A stretch of 64,000 nucleotides of DNA from Klebsormidium nitens (Eukaryota; Plantae; Klebsormidiophyceae): NCBI GenBank assembly GCA_000708835.1, contig DF236967.1:310001-374000 (forward strand), given 5' to 3'. The notes under the pieces are model-generated. The model ran no database searches. It was given only the letters and a program-made list of their open reading frames with translations, and had not been told where the DNA came from. Positions within the stretch are counted from its first letter, which is position 1. The number at the start of each line of letters is the position of its first letter. Shown here in pieces: positions 1-13,275 of the stretch. A program made the position numbers and the translations under genes.

Positions 1-202
1 CCAGCTGGGTGACGTCACCGAGGGCCCCTTCCCGTTCACCCAGGGGGCGCCCCCCCAGACCGTACAGGAGTTCGTCCACTCGTACTTTGGCTATAAGCAC
101 AGCTTCCTGGGCTGGGCCGCTTTTATCCTCATCGTCATGATCGCCGTATTCTGGGCGATCGTCATCTACGCCACTAAGAAGTTCAATTTCCAGAGTCGTT
201 AG
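1..202 (+). CDS. ABCG: 3' end (last exon, partial) of a full-size PDR-type ABCG transporter
   Basis: Frame 2 from base 2 reads QLGDVTEGPFPFTQGAPPQTVQEFVHSYFGYKHSFLGWAAFILIVMIAVFWAIVIYATKKFNFQSR* (TAG 200-202). This matches the plant PDR C-terminus: (S)QLGD...V.EF...YFGYKH.FL, a final TM helix, then K.NFQ.R*. Confidence 0.88.
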   Translation, partial: QLGDVTEGPFPFTQGAPPQTVQEFVHSYFGYKHSFLGWAAFILIVMIAVFWAIVIYATKKFNFQSR

Positions 203-1413
203 TTGGGAGGGTTTAGAGAAGGGTTAGTTTCCGGGTTTCGTCAAACTTGTTGATTAAGGCCCCCGGCTGAGCCCCTCGAGGCCTTGGTTTACCTAGTGAC
301 TGATGACGGGGGTTGTAAAATGTACGTCGTCGCTGTGTGTTTACGAGTGTATGTGAATTCGTGTTGTTGGGAAATCTGTACCCGAAGCAGGAACAGGTTC
401 CGACTGTAAACGCGTGATACTGAAGGCATGGTTGTACGTCGTTTGCAAAGGGTTTGGATTCTGAAGACACTATACAGTTGTTTCGTTTCTTAGGCTTGTG
501 ACTGTGATACGTAGAGCATACAAAGTGCGACTAATTCTCGCAAGTCGGTCGGAACTCGTAGTGGCTGTATGCATTTAATGCAAACTTTGCACACGTCAAG
601 TTTTGCAACTCGAGCTGCAGCCTACGTTTGGATCCGTTTTAGAAAGTCGAGGCCAAGTTCAAGAAGTAATTGATACAAGTTCACCCCGTACTAGTGTGCA
701 CAGGTCGACACTACAGCATTCTACAATACCTGATTAATCTGGCACTCTGACTTCAATATACTATAGTATCAAAGATTTGTACACTGATCGATTTAAATCG
801 CCAAAATTTTTGGCGGTTGGCGGAGAACGTTTTCCCTGCGGCTCCGAGAGATTAAAATTGCGCCTGAACATATGCAGGCTTTATGGTGTAGACCTGTAAC
901 GAACCCTAATGCTACTGTATACCGCTCATCATGGTTGTTTTGATTGCTTATAAAGACATTGCATCGGGGCCCAAACTCTGCTTAACTTGATCACTGACTC
1001 AACGTGATTAGCCGGTACGAAAGAATGGAAAAATGATACGATGCATTCCGGTGGCTCACCAAGGGATCTGCCAGGAGTACGGTGCGTAATGTGTGATGAT
1101 AATATACAAGGATAGGCTGAAATATGTACGTGTTCTATCGAAAAGGCTCTCCTAGCGTCATTGGGCGCGGGCGGCATGCGCAGCGTGCCTGGTTGAAATT
1201 CTTCGATGCATGTACTGCACACCTAAATATGCAATTATGCACCTGTTACTTACGAATCAACGTTAGGCACATGTGACTGACGGTAGAATGGTACTTCGAT
1301 TCACCAGTACTGCAAGATACCTCAATTTGAACCCTGCGCTTCATCTATCCTCGTTCCATCGAAGACCTTTCGTTCATAAGCAGAATTCAACTTCGAACCT
1401 AGAGCTTGCTAAA

Positions 1414-4400
1414 CTACGAAGGAGCTCCAAGGTATGCCGCTAGTCTCAATATATCGCTGAACACGCCGCCCGCGGTCACTTCTCTCCCCGCCCCCGGGCC
1501 CCTCACTATAAGCGGCTGAGCATGGTATCGCGTGGTCTGGAACGAGATAATATTATCCGTGCCCGACAGCTGGGCAAACGCGTGCGATTTGGGATACCGT
1601 CGAAGCTCCACGCTACCCTTCCCGTTCACGGCATCTACCACACCCACGTACCGCAACACCTCGCCGGCCGCCTCAGCCTCGGCTTGTTGCCGGGATAGAT
1701 CGTCGTCATACTCGGGCAGTTTTGACATGTACTCGTCGACCGTTTTGCATTCCTGGCAAGAGAGTGCCGGAGCTCAAGTCAGCGAGTGATCAATTGCGGA
1801 AAGGTGGCACAGCGGCTTGTACCGAGAGGTACGCTTCAAAACACTATAGAAGCGTCTACTTCTTATCCCAACGTCGAACAACAGCTCCAGGCGTGACAAC
1901 CGGTGTCCTTGACGTAGGTGCCTGCATGACAAGGTCAGAGCTTCGCACACGATTCTAACAATGATGACGAGAGCGGTGTAGTTCAGACAAGTGCTCACCG
2001 CTAGGGGTGCCGGGACCAGGCTCTGGATGGGGATGTCCTCTAGCTCCAACCGGAGTCCCGACTCTCGGGCCAGGATAGTGACCTGCAGAGTCGAAGCGTA
2101 AGTAAACAAGACGCGTCCGACGGTTGATCTATCTCGACAGCGCAGACTTTTCGCCAAACATTAGGATTCAAGCACACGGTTAGGAATCATGCAAGTGATG
2201 CAAAGCTGGCAACCGCTTAAGGTGCTTGAACGTATGGAGTTTTTGTCACAGCCCTCGCACCTCTACAGTACAGGGCGAAGGAAGTCAAAGTGCTGGTGTC
2301 GTTTCCCGTGTTTCTCGTGCAACGAAGAACTTACTCGCTGCAGCCCGTTGCGGTCAAGAAAGAGACCGAAAGGCAATGTACGCATATGCAGAATCTTTCG
2401 CAAGCTGTTGTCTGAAAACACTACGATTGTCAAAATCAGTGCCCGCTACAGGATAAAATTCTGATCCAAAAGCTTGAAAGCTCACCTTTCTAGCGACGTC
2501 CATTCCGGAGAGGTCGTCCCGTGGGTCGGGTTCGGTGAAGCCCGCTTCCTTGGCTTCTTTCACGATGCCGCTGAACGGCTTGGAGCCGTCAAAGCTATTG
2601 AAAATGTAGCTCAGAGTGCCGCTGTAGAAAGAGACACGTGCGCTCATCAACGGGAGGGCTCAACTGCTAGATTCAAATCGAAGTGGAAAACAGTGGGTTA
2701 CTGATTTGCAGATTTAGGCCGCCTTGGCTCAGAAGGATTCAAGCAGGCCAGTACGGCACAACGGAGCCACGTGTGATGGGCGTTCGAAACTCTCCGGATC
2801 GCGACCCACATCTCGCGTCGTTAATACTCCTACACGTGCACGGTTGCCAGGTTGCAAGGCGTAACCTAAACAACCCGCTGCCAAACCCAGGCAGACCAGC
2901 CTGCAAACCGCGAACAAGGGAAGGGGAAACTCGCAACAACAGCACACGTATTGCCGTGTGCCGCACCTGAAGATGCCCTCGATGCGCTCGACCTTGTCCC
3001 CCGTTTCGAGCAGCCCGCGCAGCGTGCTCATGATGGGCAGCCCAGCGCCGACGGTGGCCTCGTAAAAGTAGTGCGTGTACGACTTGCGCTGCAGCTCCCG
3101 CAGCTTCAGGTACTGCGGGGACAAGGAACGTGGCAGTTCCGTTCAGAATGGTGCCTTTGGTTTCCCGGTAAATATGAAGGCCAAAGTAAGGCAGCCAGCA
3201 GAGCCCGCCAACAAAGCGCCAATTTCTTCAAGCATGAAACGAAGGGTCCTTGCTGATTTGAGAATACAATCCATAGGAGCCCGCGTCACGAACAAGGGTT
3301 AGGATTAGGGTTGAGGTTAGGGTTAGGGTTAGTGTTAGGGTTCTGCAGGAGGTCCTCACGTAGTCGAGGGGCCCCGAGTTGGCGCGCTTGTTGGGCGTGA
3401 TGATGTGCATGCCCTGCCGGATCCAGCGCTGGTAGAAGGACGCAACGGTGGCGCTCGCGGTGCAGTCGATCATGACGGTGTTGGGGAAGTAGTTGGTCTT
3501 CATGCGCGCCGTGAAGTCGTCCAAGCTCGCGGGCGCGCCGTCTTCGTCCAGCCGGGCTTGCCACCGCTCCAGGTCGATCCCGCTGAAAAGCAGAAAAATA
3601 CAGTAGACGACGGCTTCTTGGTGATGCGCAATAGGCAGAGAGCGCTAGCGGTTGAAATTGTCGCCAAGCGAGTCGGGGTGCTATTGAAGACCTCTGGACC
3701 AGAGTTCGATGTTTGAAATGGTTTGACGACGCACGCTTCCCTTGTTCTAGACAACCATGTGTACACAAGAAGGTAGAACGAAGAGAAGGCAGGTTTGTTA
3801 CGAGTTGCGATTGCCCTCACATCTGCGCGACTCAGATGGTGATGATTGGTCCTTGACGGGCGAAAAAAAACAGTACGGCTTTAACGAGATACATGGCGTG
3901 CTCGTACCTTTCGTCTACTAGCACTTTTTTCGAGTCAGCAATCCCCAGTACCCGCAGGTCGATGTTGAACTCCTCCTTCAATTTCGAGGTCTGCAAGTTA
4001 CAAGCGACGGGGGTCAGCACATACGACTCACAAGCAGCGAAGCTCAGCACAAGCCAGATTGGAAACATAGTCAAAACGGGGCAGTAAGATAGAACAAACA
4101 AGTTATTGCTTCTCGTGGAATGCTTTTGCGGCAATTCGACCGCTCCGCTTTCGAGCAACTTCACGCTGTCAGAAACCGCGCACGGGCGGATAGATCGCTT
4201 AGCGGTTTCGGCCCTCAACCTATCAAGTCTGGGGTACGCGTCAGCAATCTAAACTTCTTAGAAAGCTCCAACCGCAGAGAAAGACGACCGCAGACGAACG
4301 GCCCAATTAAAGCCCTGACCTGCGCCTTGAACTGGTCCAGCAGCTCCGCTCCGATGTTCCCCGGCCCGACAACCCCCACCGCGAGCGTCGTCTTGGACAG

Positions 4401-7400
4401 ATAGAACCGGCTGTGCGCCGCCTTCAACGCCTTGATCGAGTCCCCCTGCTCCACTACAACCGTGATATTATACTCCGACGACCCCTGCGCGATCGCGCGC
4501 ACGTTGATGTTCGCCTTCGCGAGCGCGTTGAACAGCATCGAGCTGACCCCGGGGGTGCTCGCCATGTTCTGGCCGACAGCGGCCAGGATGCTGCATTTCG
4601 GGAGGACTTCCACCTTCGCGATGCGCCCCGCGTCGAGGGCGCGCCGGAACTTGGACTCAAGCGCGCGCGCGACGGCCTGGGCTTGGGCCTCCGGGACCGC
4701 GAAGCAGATGGAGTGCTCGCTGGAGGCCTGGGAGATCATGATGACGTTGGCGCCCACGACGGAGACCGTCGAGAAGATGTCGCTCGCCGTGCCAGGGACG
4801 CCCGCCATGCCCGTGCTGCCAGCAGAGAAGGTAATGACTCGGTGATAGCGTCCAAGACAACCCTGATTGAGCAAAGCCGCCACTTTTGGAATGAAATGCC
4901 GCTGCATCGTACGTACAGCGGGGCATGGAAGAGTGTCGAGCGCAAGCTCGTCCTCAGAGCAGTAACCACAGCAGTCCGTTCGGTTGCCAACTGTGCTGGC
5001 AATGCGTGGCACAAGCCTGGCTGCTCCTTTCTCCATTCCCTGCCTCCTCTTCTTATTTCTCCTCTCCCTAAATCCTCCACATTTCTTTCCTTCATGCGCA
5101 GTGATAGTACTTCTGAGTCCCTGCTTCCCTTACCCCTCAACATTGATGAGGGCCACATTGTCAATCGTCGCAAAGCCCTTCACAACCCCGTCGCCCAGCA
5201 GATGCTCCTGGCCCTCCTCTTGAGGGGGGGTCATTCTCCAAATCTTGGTCCCGGGGGCCTCCTGGTTGAACACGTTGCGGATCGTGATCGGGATGTCGTA
5301 CTTCATGGCCGGGAGCGTCGTGCGCGGGTGCAGCACGTTGGCGCCGAAGTACGACATCTCCCACGCTTCTTGGTAGGACAGAAGCGGCAACACCACCGCC
5401 TCCGACACCTGGAGAGCGGCAGGTAAGTTGAGCGGCTAGCGCACGAGGCCTTTGGTAATAGCCTTAGGAATGCTGTGGCCTGCTACGTCTCAGGAGCTGG
5501 AGAAACGGCTCAATAAAGGTTTGAAACGTTCAGCCGAACGGCAACATCAATCCAAGCGAGGGTGGGCACAAACAAAAGGACGCCACAACCAACCCCTATG
5601 CTCGTCTAGGTTCAACCCCTCTTTCCGATGGTGTAACTCCCAGCCCGACCCCGTCAAAGAGCCTGCAACCAATACCCTCACCTTTCGTGGGTCAGCACTG
5701 TACACTCCGTCCACGTCCGTCCAGATTGTGATGCGCCCAGCCCGGAACAGCGCCCCCATAATCGCCGCGCTGAAGTCGGACCCGTCCCGCTTCAACGTGG
5801 TTGGGATGCCGTCGGGCGTGCGCGCCACGAACCCAGTAACGATGATCGTGTCTGCGCCTTTCTGTGTGAACCACTGGTCGAGCCGGGCATCCGAAAGCTC
5901 GTAGTTGGGGTCTACCTGATGACGTCAACAAAGCACGACGTCAGTTTGCAGCGGGTAGCGCAAGAGCCTTTCTGGACGAGCTCTATAGCGTAGAGGTCGT
6001 GATACAGCACAAAGTTACTACGTTTCATTGACCACTTCTGGTTCTCACAACCCACTTACTGCGAGTCTGACACTACTCGATCCGGTGCAGATGATTGCAA
6101 AGCAATGAAGTGACGGTGACACTTGAAGAAAGACGAACGGTTAGAGGGCCAAAGGATCGAACTTTAAGCTGTCCTCGTGTCAAGTGGACGTTTGCAACAA
6201 AGTTTGTCCTCCCCCCCTACCTGGCTGGACGGCGCAGCTTTCGACGACAGCTTAAAGTCCACCTCGGTGTGCCTCTTGGTCGGGATGACCGTCAGAACCT
6301 CACGAGCGTCCATCCACGTGGCAGCCTCTCCACGCTGCAATAACACGTGTGTAGGCAGTTCAGGTTTGATGATCATGCATTTTGCAAAGACGTCCTGGCC
6401 CCTAGCAGTGTGCGACAGCGCTGCAGGACAGCTCAGAAGAGTTTGTGCAAAAGCAAACATGCTGTGTACCATTTGAAGGAGGTCTTCCGATTGGGAACCG
6501 AAGCTTAACTGGAAAGACAAGGCCCCGAGCATGATCCTTATTCCAGATCAAGACTGCAACAAAAGGTGCTGAAAAGCAGCTTTCCAAATGTACTCTCTGT
6601 CTCTCTCATGAGCAACAAGCTCTCGCAGTTTAGTGCCAAGTTCATGGGGATTGGGGGGATACTCACAGCTCTGACTGTTGCTGCCAACAGTTGCGCCGAC
6701 CACAGCTCTCCATGCCCCACAACATAGTCTGTGAATGCTTCCGTGGCATTGCCAGCTGCAGATGGCAGATCAAGAGCAATGACTTGGCAGGCTGGCGCGA
6801 TACGTTTTGGCATTGCAGCTGACAGGTAACTTTGTCTGTGTCAGTAGGTTGAGGGACAGTATGCTAGGATGGGGCCGAGCTGCAAGATGGATTCCAAAGT
6901 TGCTTCCCCTCTCACTCTGCTGAAAGGATCTCCAATTGTCTCCCAATCCTCATGGACCCCCACGAGAATCACATCTCTCTTGAGATCGACTTAGAATGTA
7001 CGTCCACAAAGGGCACACACCCTCGAAGGTACCTTGCCATGTGTAATCACTCAAATACCGATGGGCATTGCTCACCGATTGAGATGGCCCGCAGCATTGC
7101 TTTCAGGTCGTCTATATCGCTGGTGAGCACTTTCACAAACGCCGCCAGGTCCGACCCCGAGAGCAGCTCCTCCGCTGCTGACTTGTGATGCTCAAACAGG
7201 GCGTCGAGTTCGTGTACATATGCGGGGTCCCGAGACTCTGCCAATTCAACGAGGCTGTACAGCCGGTTCGTGACCTTGGCCATTGCTGACACCACCACCG
7301 CCTGCACGCGTCAGCATCATGTCATACAGTGGGAACCAAGAATATTTCACTGTCCCGGGTTGAGATCTTCTCTCAAAAAGCCTCTGTTGAACGGGTCCGC

Positions 7401-8621
7401 AAAGGGAACAATTAAGGGAACTGCAAAACTTACAGGATCTGTATTGGTGTTGCATCACAGGGCCAATGTACACCTCGGGAACATCAACCTCTAGAGTGGC
7501 TGTGCCGATCGTGCGTCCGACGCCGATGAGAGCATCACCTTTTTGCTGGTTGTGTCCTCGGTGATGATCTGCGCGACATTCTTGATGCGCTCGGGGTTGG
7601 CAACGCACGTGCCCCCGAACTTGTGGACCGACCAGGCGGGACCGCGCTCCACCTGCTTGCCGGAACCACTCTCGGTGGCAATATCCACTTCCGCACCTGC
7701 GCCCCGGGCGAGATCTCAGAATTTGAACAGCACGTCTGCACTGTCTCCATCAGAGCTCAACTTTTCATTTGAACCAGAAACGAGAACCATCTGGATGTCC
7801 ACCTAATCGGGCGCCGGCAAAGAAAAAGACCAAAGCACTCGCAAAGCGCTGCTGTGGCCCCTCGACACACAGCATTGCTCCTATTTCAAACGAAGAACGT
7901 GGCACTCCTGATATAAAAGAAGGAAGAATGTGGCGCCACTCCTCTGATGAAAAAAAAATGAGAGTTCTCAGCAACTCGTACCTGCGGCCACCGCTCGAGC
8001 AGGTGTCGCAGTTCTTGTCTGCCGGCATGGTGATAGGAAGGGGGTGCCGGATAGGGTTTTCAACTCCTGTGAATGTGACTGGAACCTGCATTGGTGTGCA
8101 CTTTCTGTAATCAGAGAGGGCAGCTGCACAGTGCAGAGGGGTTACTAAGGACTGCTAGACAATGAGCTGATGCAACTCAATGCCACTACAAGAAGACGAT
8201 GACCTGACCAACATCAAGGTCAGCGAACACAGGGGAGCTTCACAGCACGGCGCCGTCTCAAATCACAACCATTACCAACTGGAGCTCCAACCACATTGCA
8301 ATAATTCTGCCTGGATGTTTTATGGTCAGGGTGCCTCATCAGCTGCTGAGATTCTCAAATTCACAATTTTGGCCATTACCATCGCAACTCGGCACAGCAA
8401 ATGACCCAGCATCCACAACGGGCCCTCTGAGACCTGTATGCTTGGTAGAAGACTCACAACAAGGGAGCTCGCCGAAGACCGTCAAAGGAAGGATTTACAC
8501 AGGCGCCGCTTGGACTCCAAAATGCCTCCACTCGTCCTTGATTCTGCCCCTGGAGGGCAGCGGAACATGCTGGCCTGAGGTTGGCTTCAAAGCACGCCCG
8601 GCTGCTCACAACCGACTGCAT
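1414..8621 (-). CDS. AKHSDH: Bifunctional aspartate kinase-homoserine dehydrogenase, plastid type, multi-exon; 5' end approximate
   Basis: Exons in order: WSVHKFGGTCV (from 7696), AVVVSAMAKVTN, VVGHGELWSAQ, WMDAREVL (6334-6221), TTLKRDGSDFSAAIMGA..WTDVDGVYSADPRK, LSYQEAWEMSYFGANVLHPRT, ACT domains GTGMAGVPGT/ISQASSEHS, GVVGPGNIG, HIITPNKRANSGP, YEATVGAGLPI, FTEPDPRDDLSG.DVARK, IVRGPGAGREVTAGGVFSDILRLAAYLGAPS* (TAG 1414-1416). A transit-peptide-like exon at 8104-7982 (..RQTRTATPARAVAA) is phase-compatible. The ATG at 8621 (MQSVVSSR) is tentative. Confidence 0.96.
3295..3342. repeat. Degenerate (TTAGGG)n telomere-like array, about 8 units, in an AK-HSDH intron
   Basis: AGGGTTAGGATTAGGGTTGAGGTTAGGGTTAGGGTTAGTGTTAGGGTT read directly, inside the intron 3113-3359. 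Confidence 0.85.
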
Positions 8622-9125
8622 TGCGCCGCACACAGGACCCACGGTGCAGAATGCTGGGCCCGAAACTCAAATCGATTGACAATGTATCTCATCCAACAGG
8701 CCTGCACGCATTGATACCACGCTGGTTACAATGTCCAAACGTTTCTGACGACTGAGCTGGCCCCTCTAAACCCAGAGCCAACTACCCAGCCTCCTTTTCC
8801 AATCTCCCTTGAATCTTGATCAGGTTCTGCAGAGCAAGAAAACCCGGATCCTGGACCTAGGAAAACTTCCAAGGCTAAGCTCACGCGCGGGCGCAATGGA
8901 TTTCCCCTAGTACCACTGCCAGTACTACTATCGAGTGGGCGCAGCGGCACAGTTGTACTGTTGTGGAGTGGACCAGCAAACCACATGACAGCCAGCTGGC
9001 AGTGGAGCAGCTAGTGCAGTGCACTGGTCACTGCATTGACGTCATACTGCATCATGCATATCAAATTTCTACATACCGGTATATGATGTACACCTGGGTC
9101 AATAAGTTTTGTACCTGAGGTTTTT

Positions 9126-9164
9126 NNNNNNNNNNNNNNNNNNNNNNNNNNNNNNNNNNNNNNN
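9126..9164. other. Assembly gap (run of N)
   Basis: 39 N bases. Confidence 1.
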
Positions 9165-9872
9165 GAAATAGTGATGATAACACACACACTGACATTCATA
9201 TTATGTATGCCATGAGAAGCCTATGGCCCAGGTGGCTACGGCGTGTAAAAGAGAACATCAGCTTAAAACGAACATTCTGAATTTGTCGAATTGCAACAGC
9301 ATGCAATTGACAACTTCGAGCCTGTTGCTATATGCACCACATATGCACCGCATTGCAAGTATATCAGTATGTGGCCGCTGCCGCTCGATCAGCTTTTGAA
9401 GCCTACAACTGGTGGTGCGTACAAAACTGAGGGCCACCACGCACATGAGGCGCAAACTTCGATCACCATCTGTGCCAACATGCTACCCCTAACATTGCGT
9501 ACGAATCATTGACGGATTGACGGTACGACATGGTTGCATACAGCATCCAACATGTGCGTCATTATGCTCAATGAATACTATGTGTCCGATCACGTAGTGC
9601 CTTTTGAAGAGGAACGCATCTCATTCGCCGCGAAGGACGTTGAGTTTACTTTTAGGCTTTTGCAGCCAGTCCACTAGCAAAGATTCTCAATGTTTTACCT
9701 AGGACGAAGTAATGGATCCGCTAGCCGGAAGCCATTACCACTGAATTGGCAGGTTCTCTATCGAACCTTTGATAGAGAGCACACATAGACGCTAAGTTAA
9801 AACGTCAAGGAGCACACAAGTCTCGACTGTAACAAGACACAGAAGGTTCCTCATCTTATGGGCGAAAACTCG

Positions 9873-12472
9873 TCAGGCAAGCTGCTGATACTTATGCATC
9901 CCAGCTCGCACTTCCTCCTGCAAGTCGGACACAAGAATTAAGTGGACAGCCGACACAAGCTGACACAATGGGCCTGAAGATAGCCACAAGACTAATCTGC
10001 TGATGCAGTCCAACCTCAAGTTCAAATACAATGGAGAACGACCACAGAACTTGCAATTCCCAGCCTTGTGCTCAGACAGATACCGTTGAGACTTGTAACC
10101 GAAAGGCTCACCGGCGAAAGCATCTCGTTGTTCCAAACAAGAACGGGCCCGGCCGTTGCTCCTGCTGTTTGCCCGTTGGGAAGACCAGGAGAGGGTGTTC
10201 CAGCACCGAGGCCAACTCCCACAGGAGACACTAGGCCTGCTACTGCCACCCCTGCACGGACAATGGCAAATCGTGATTCTTCGGGGTTTCAATAGTCACT
10301 AAACGCGTGGCCAGGCAAGTGTCGTCCGAACTGTGGTCGATGAAGCTGGAAGATTGCGTAGGTGCATAAGCATACGAACTCGGACGACTGTCTGTTACAC
10401 TGAGGCTGTTCCATTGGTCATGACAACCTGGTTTGAATGCAGTACGCACCTGGAAAGAGCGGTGGTTTCTGTTGCGTCCCTTGGCTCAACCCCGGCGCAG
10501 TCATGCCTGCAGCGAGCCCTGTACTACCTGGGGCTGCACTGCCAATGGGGAAGAGTGGTTGCTGCTGCTGAATCGGAAACAGAGGCTGCTGTTGGGGGGG
10601 CCTCAACGGAGGGGCCATCTGCCTATACTGCTGAGCGTTCGGCTGCTGCATAGGGGCTCCGTAGGGCCCCATCGACCCATACTGGGGGACTTGGAAGTGG
10701 TAAGGTTGTGGGGGCTGGCCAGGCATTGGCATGGGGCTAGGGCGGCTGTTCCCAGGCTGGAAAGGCTGCATCCCTGGGTTGAACATTGGGCGGAAACCAG
10801 GATTGAAGCCAGCTTGTTGAGAATACTGAGGAGGGGGTCGAAACCTGCGGGAAGAAAGCACCGGTTCAGAGGCAGTTCTTAGATGAATCCAACAACCGGC
10901 GGTCTCTTTGAGAGGCACATGCAGGGTTGTCACCGTTCGGTTTGCTCGTTGGGAAGAACCCGGCCGGACGCAACTGGCGAGCATGAGGAAGGTGAATATT
11001 CGAAATAGGAACACAAGCTGCCCTCAGCTCATTGAAGTCATCTAAACTCCATTGAAGAGCCATATCTTTGATGTGTCAAAGGCTGAACAGCTTCACCTGT
11101 ATGCCACACTTCCGGCACGGTCTTCGTATTACCCATATACTCGGGTGTCAATAGACAAACATCGTTTTTAAGAAAGTCCCGGTACAAATGAAACCTCTGA
11201 AGCTTAAAACCTGACAAAAAGTTGACAAGCGAAACAAAGAAGGGAAGGAGGGCTCACTTCCTGTCAGGAGAGGCTGATGTTCTAGAGCTGGGAGATGATC
11301 GACCATTTGACAAACAACAGTGTTGCAATAGCAGGCCATACCTGATTTTAAGACGTTCTGAGGAGCCCGCCGTGCAGCAAGCCTTTGTCAAAGGATGAGA
11401 GAAGGTTACTCACTGGGGGATGCCAGGTGCAAACATTGGCTGCGATCCAGGTGTGACCTGTGGCTGACCTGTTCCGGGTACTGGCAGTGATGGAATCTCC
11501 ACTTTTGGCATCTTCGCTGGCTTTGAACCATCTGGTACTGCAATCATTGGGCATGGAACATGACATAGAAGCAGGAAAATATGGTTCATTACTTTCAAAG
11601 AAGAGGGGATGCTGGGGTTTGGCTGACCTGGCAAAGTCCCTTTCTGCCCCTCCCGCAAATTACCAGGGTCAAGAAACGGTGGCAAAGAAAACTGCTTGGA
11701 GACTCACTAGGTTTGCGGCCGTCCCATATGCTTCGAATATCCGACGCATCGCACTGCTTTTGGTGGTGATAAGACAACCTTGAATGAACAGCTTCCATGC
11801 AAGCTGCTGCCAGCTCACGCGATTCGAGCGAAGTTTGGGTGAGGATTCCATAGGTCTCCGTTAGAAGGGGAAGCTTCGCCACTCAGCACACGATAGCTGG
11901 ATGCAAAAGGGAACAGCTCAAGAGCAACCGTTGAACACCAGGAAGTACTGAGGCGTTTAGGAAACAACGTCACCTTCGTCCCCTCTCAATTTTGCATTGA
12001 TGGCGTCGTGCGGAACACCCTCCATGCCAAAAATCTCAAGATCCACCGAATCCCGTCCCGGCTTCGAGTTTGGTACCCTGTACACAGCAGCAACAGCAGA
12101 TAAGCTACCATCTGCAAGCTTACCCGCACATGGCAAACAGATTGACCGCCTGAAATCTCATTATGGCAACCAACAGTCTCAGGACAAACTCAGTCTCTCC
12201 TTAAAAGAGTAGAGTGACCAGTATCGTGCCATTGTTCACCTCTTGGTCAACAATGGCATTTCCAAGGAGCTGTCTTACTTGGTTAAGGTTTCCTTGTGAA
12301 CTTGCAGAACGTGCACCACCATCCCGCTTGCTGTGCTCAACTTCTTGTAGCAGACATGGCACTTGAAGTGCTTTGCCTTTTGATGCTGGATGAGGATGCT
12401 TTCATCCTCAAACTCTCTGTCACAATAGTAGCACCAAGGCTTAACTTCCTTCTTCTTCTTTGACCGACCCAT
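9873..12472 (-). CDS. SUF4: SUF4 / ZNF207 (BuGZ)-like C2H2 zinc-finger protein with a Pro/Gln-rich middle region
   Basis: [65 protein letters not shown], then [24 protein letters not shown]-rich exons with PLFP motifs, and a C-terminal [10 protein letters not shown] + [14 protein letters not shown] resembling the GLEBS-type tail. Confidence 0.93.
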
Positions 12473-13275
12473 TATTCCAAGCTGCTTGACGTCTACCCTA
12501 CTATTAATATTGTCGACTGAAAGACAAGACCACACCAGGATACGGCTTGATGCTTGTTCAGAGATGTACAAATGCGACAGCTTACTGCTTAGGAGGCACA
12601 GAATCTGGAGTGGCGCAACTCCAGAACGAGTCGCTGGGCGCCACAGAGGCTGCCGCTGCTCGAATGCCTGCGGCACGGGCTGTGACTCTGAGTCCGAGGA
12701 GTCGCCGTGCAAGACTCAGTGCGGCAGGCTGCGCCTTTCGAACTAGAGTGAGCTGACGCACTCGCAGCACAATTCAACCACTCCGCATCCATCGACGGTT
12801 AGAGGTGATCGAGTAAACCTACGGTATGTAGGAACCTTGATCTTGCCATTGTCGTTCGATGAAGTCGATGTCGGGCGTCATCGAGCGGCTGGGCTCTCAC
12901 GCGAAGCCACAACCAGCTGACAGGTGTCAGAAAGGGAGGCCACGACTGGATTGCTGGCGGTGCCAGCTCAGCATCTCGAGATCGGAATGGCTGCAGTCTG
13001 CGCCGCTGCGGCTTCTCTCTACAGCCTCAGGAACATGATGCTCCAACTTCTCAGCTGTCTTCACTCTGTCCACAGTGCCAGATACCGTAGGCAGCTCCTA
13101 CCGTATTTAATAGATTGGGGTGAAAGGTTTTCCTGAACACTGAGGCGCAACGAAAGCTAGAAAGGTCAGACGCAGCCGGGATTCAAGGACTAAAATCAGA
13201 GGAATCAGAGGTGACGCCCAGCGAAAGGTGCGGCCAGTCTGCAACCTCATTTTCCTGAGAAGAGTACTGTGCACA

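Noticed and set aside
4413-5426. 337-aa + strand ORF
   Set aside because: It is the antisense shadow of GC-rich AK-HSDH exons and has no recognisable motifs.
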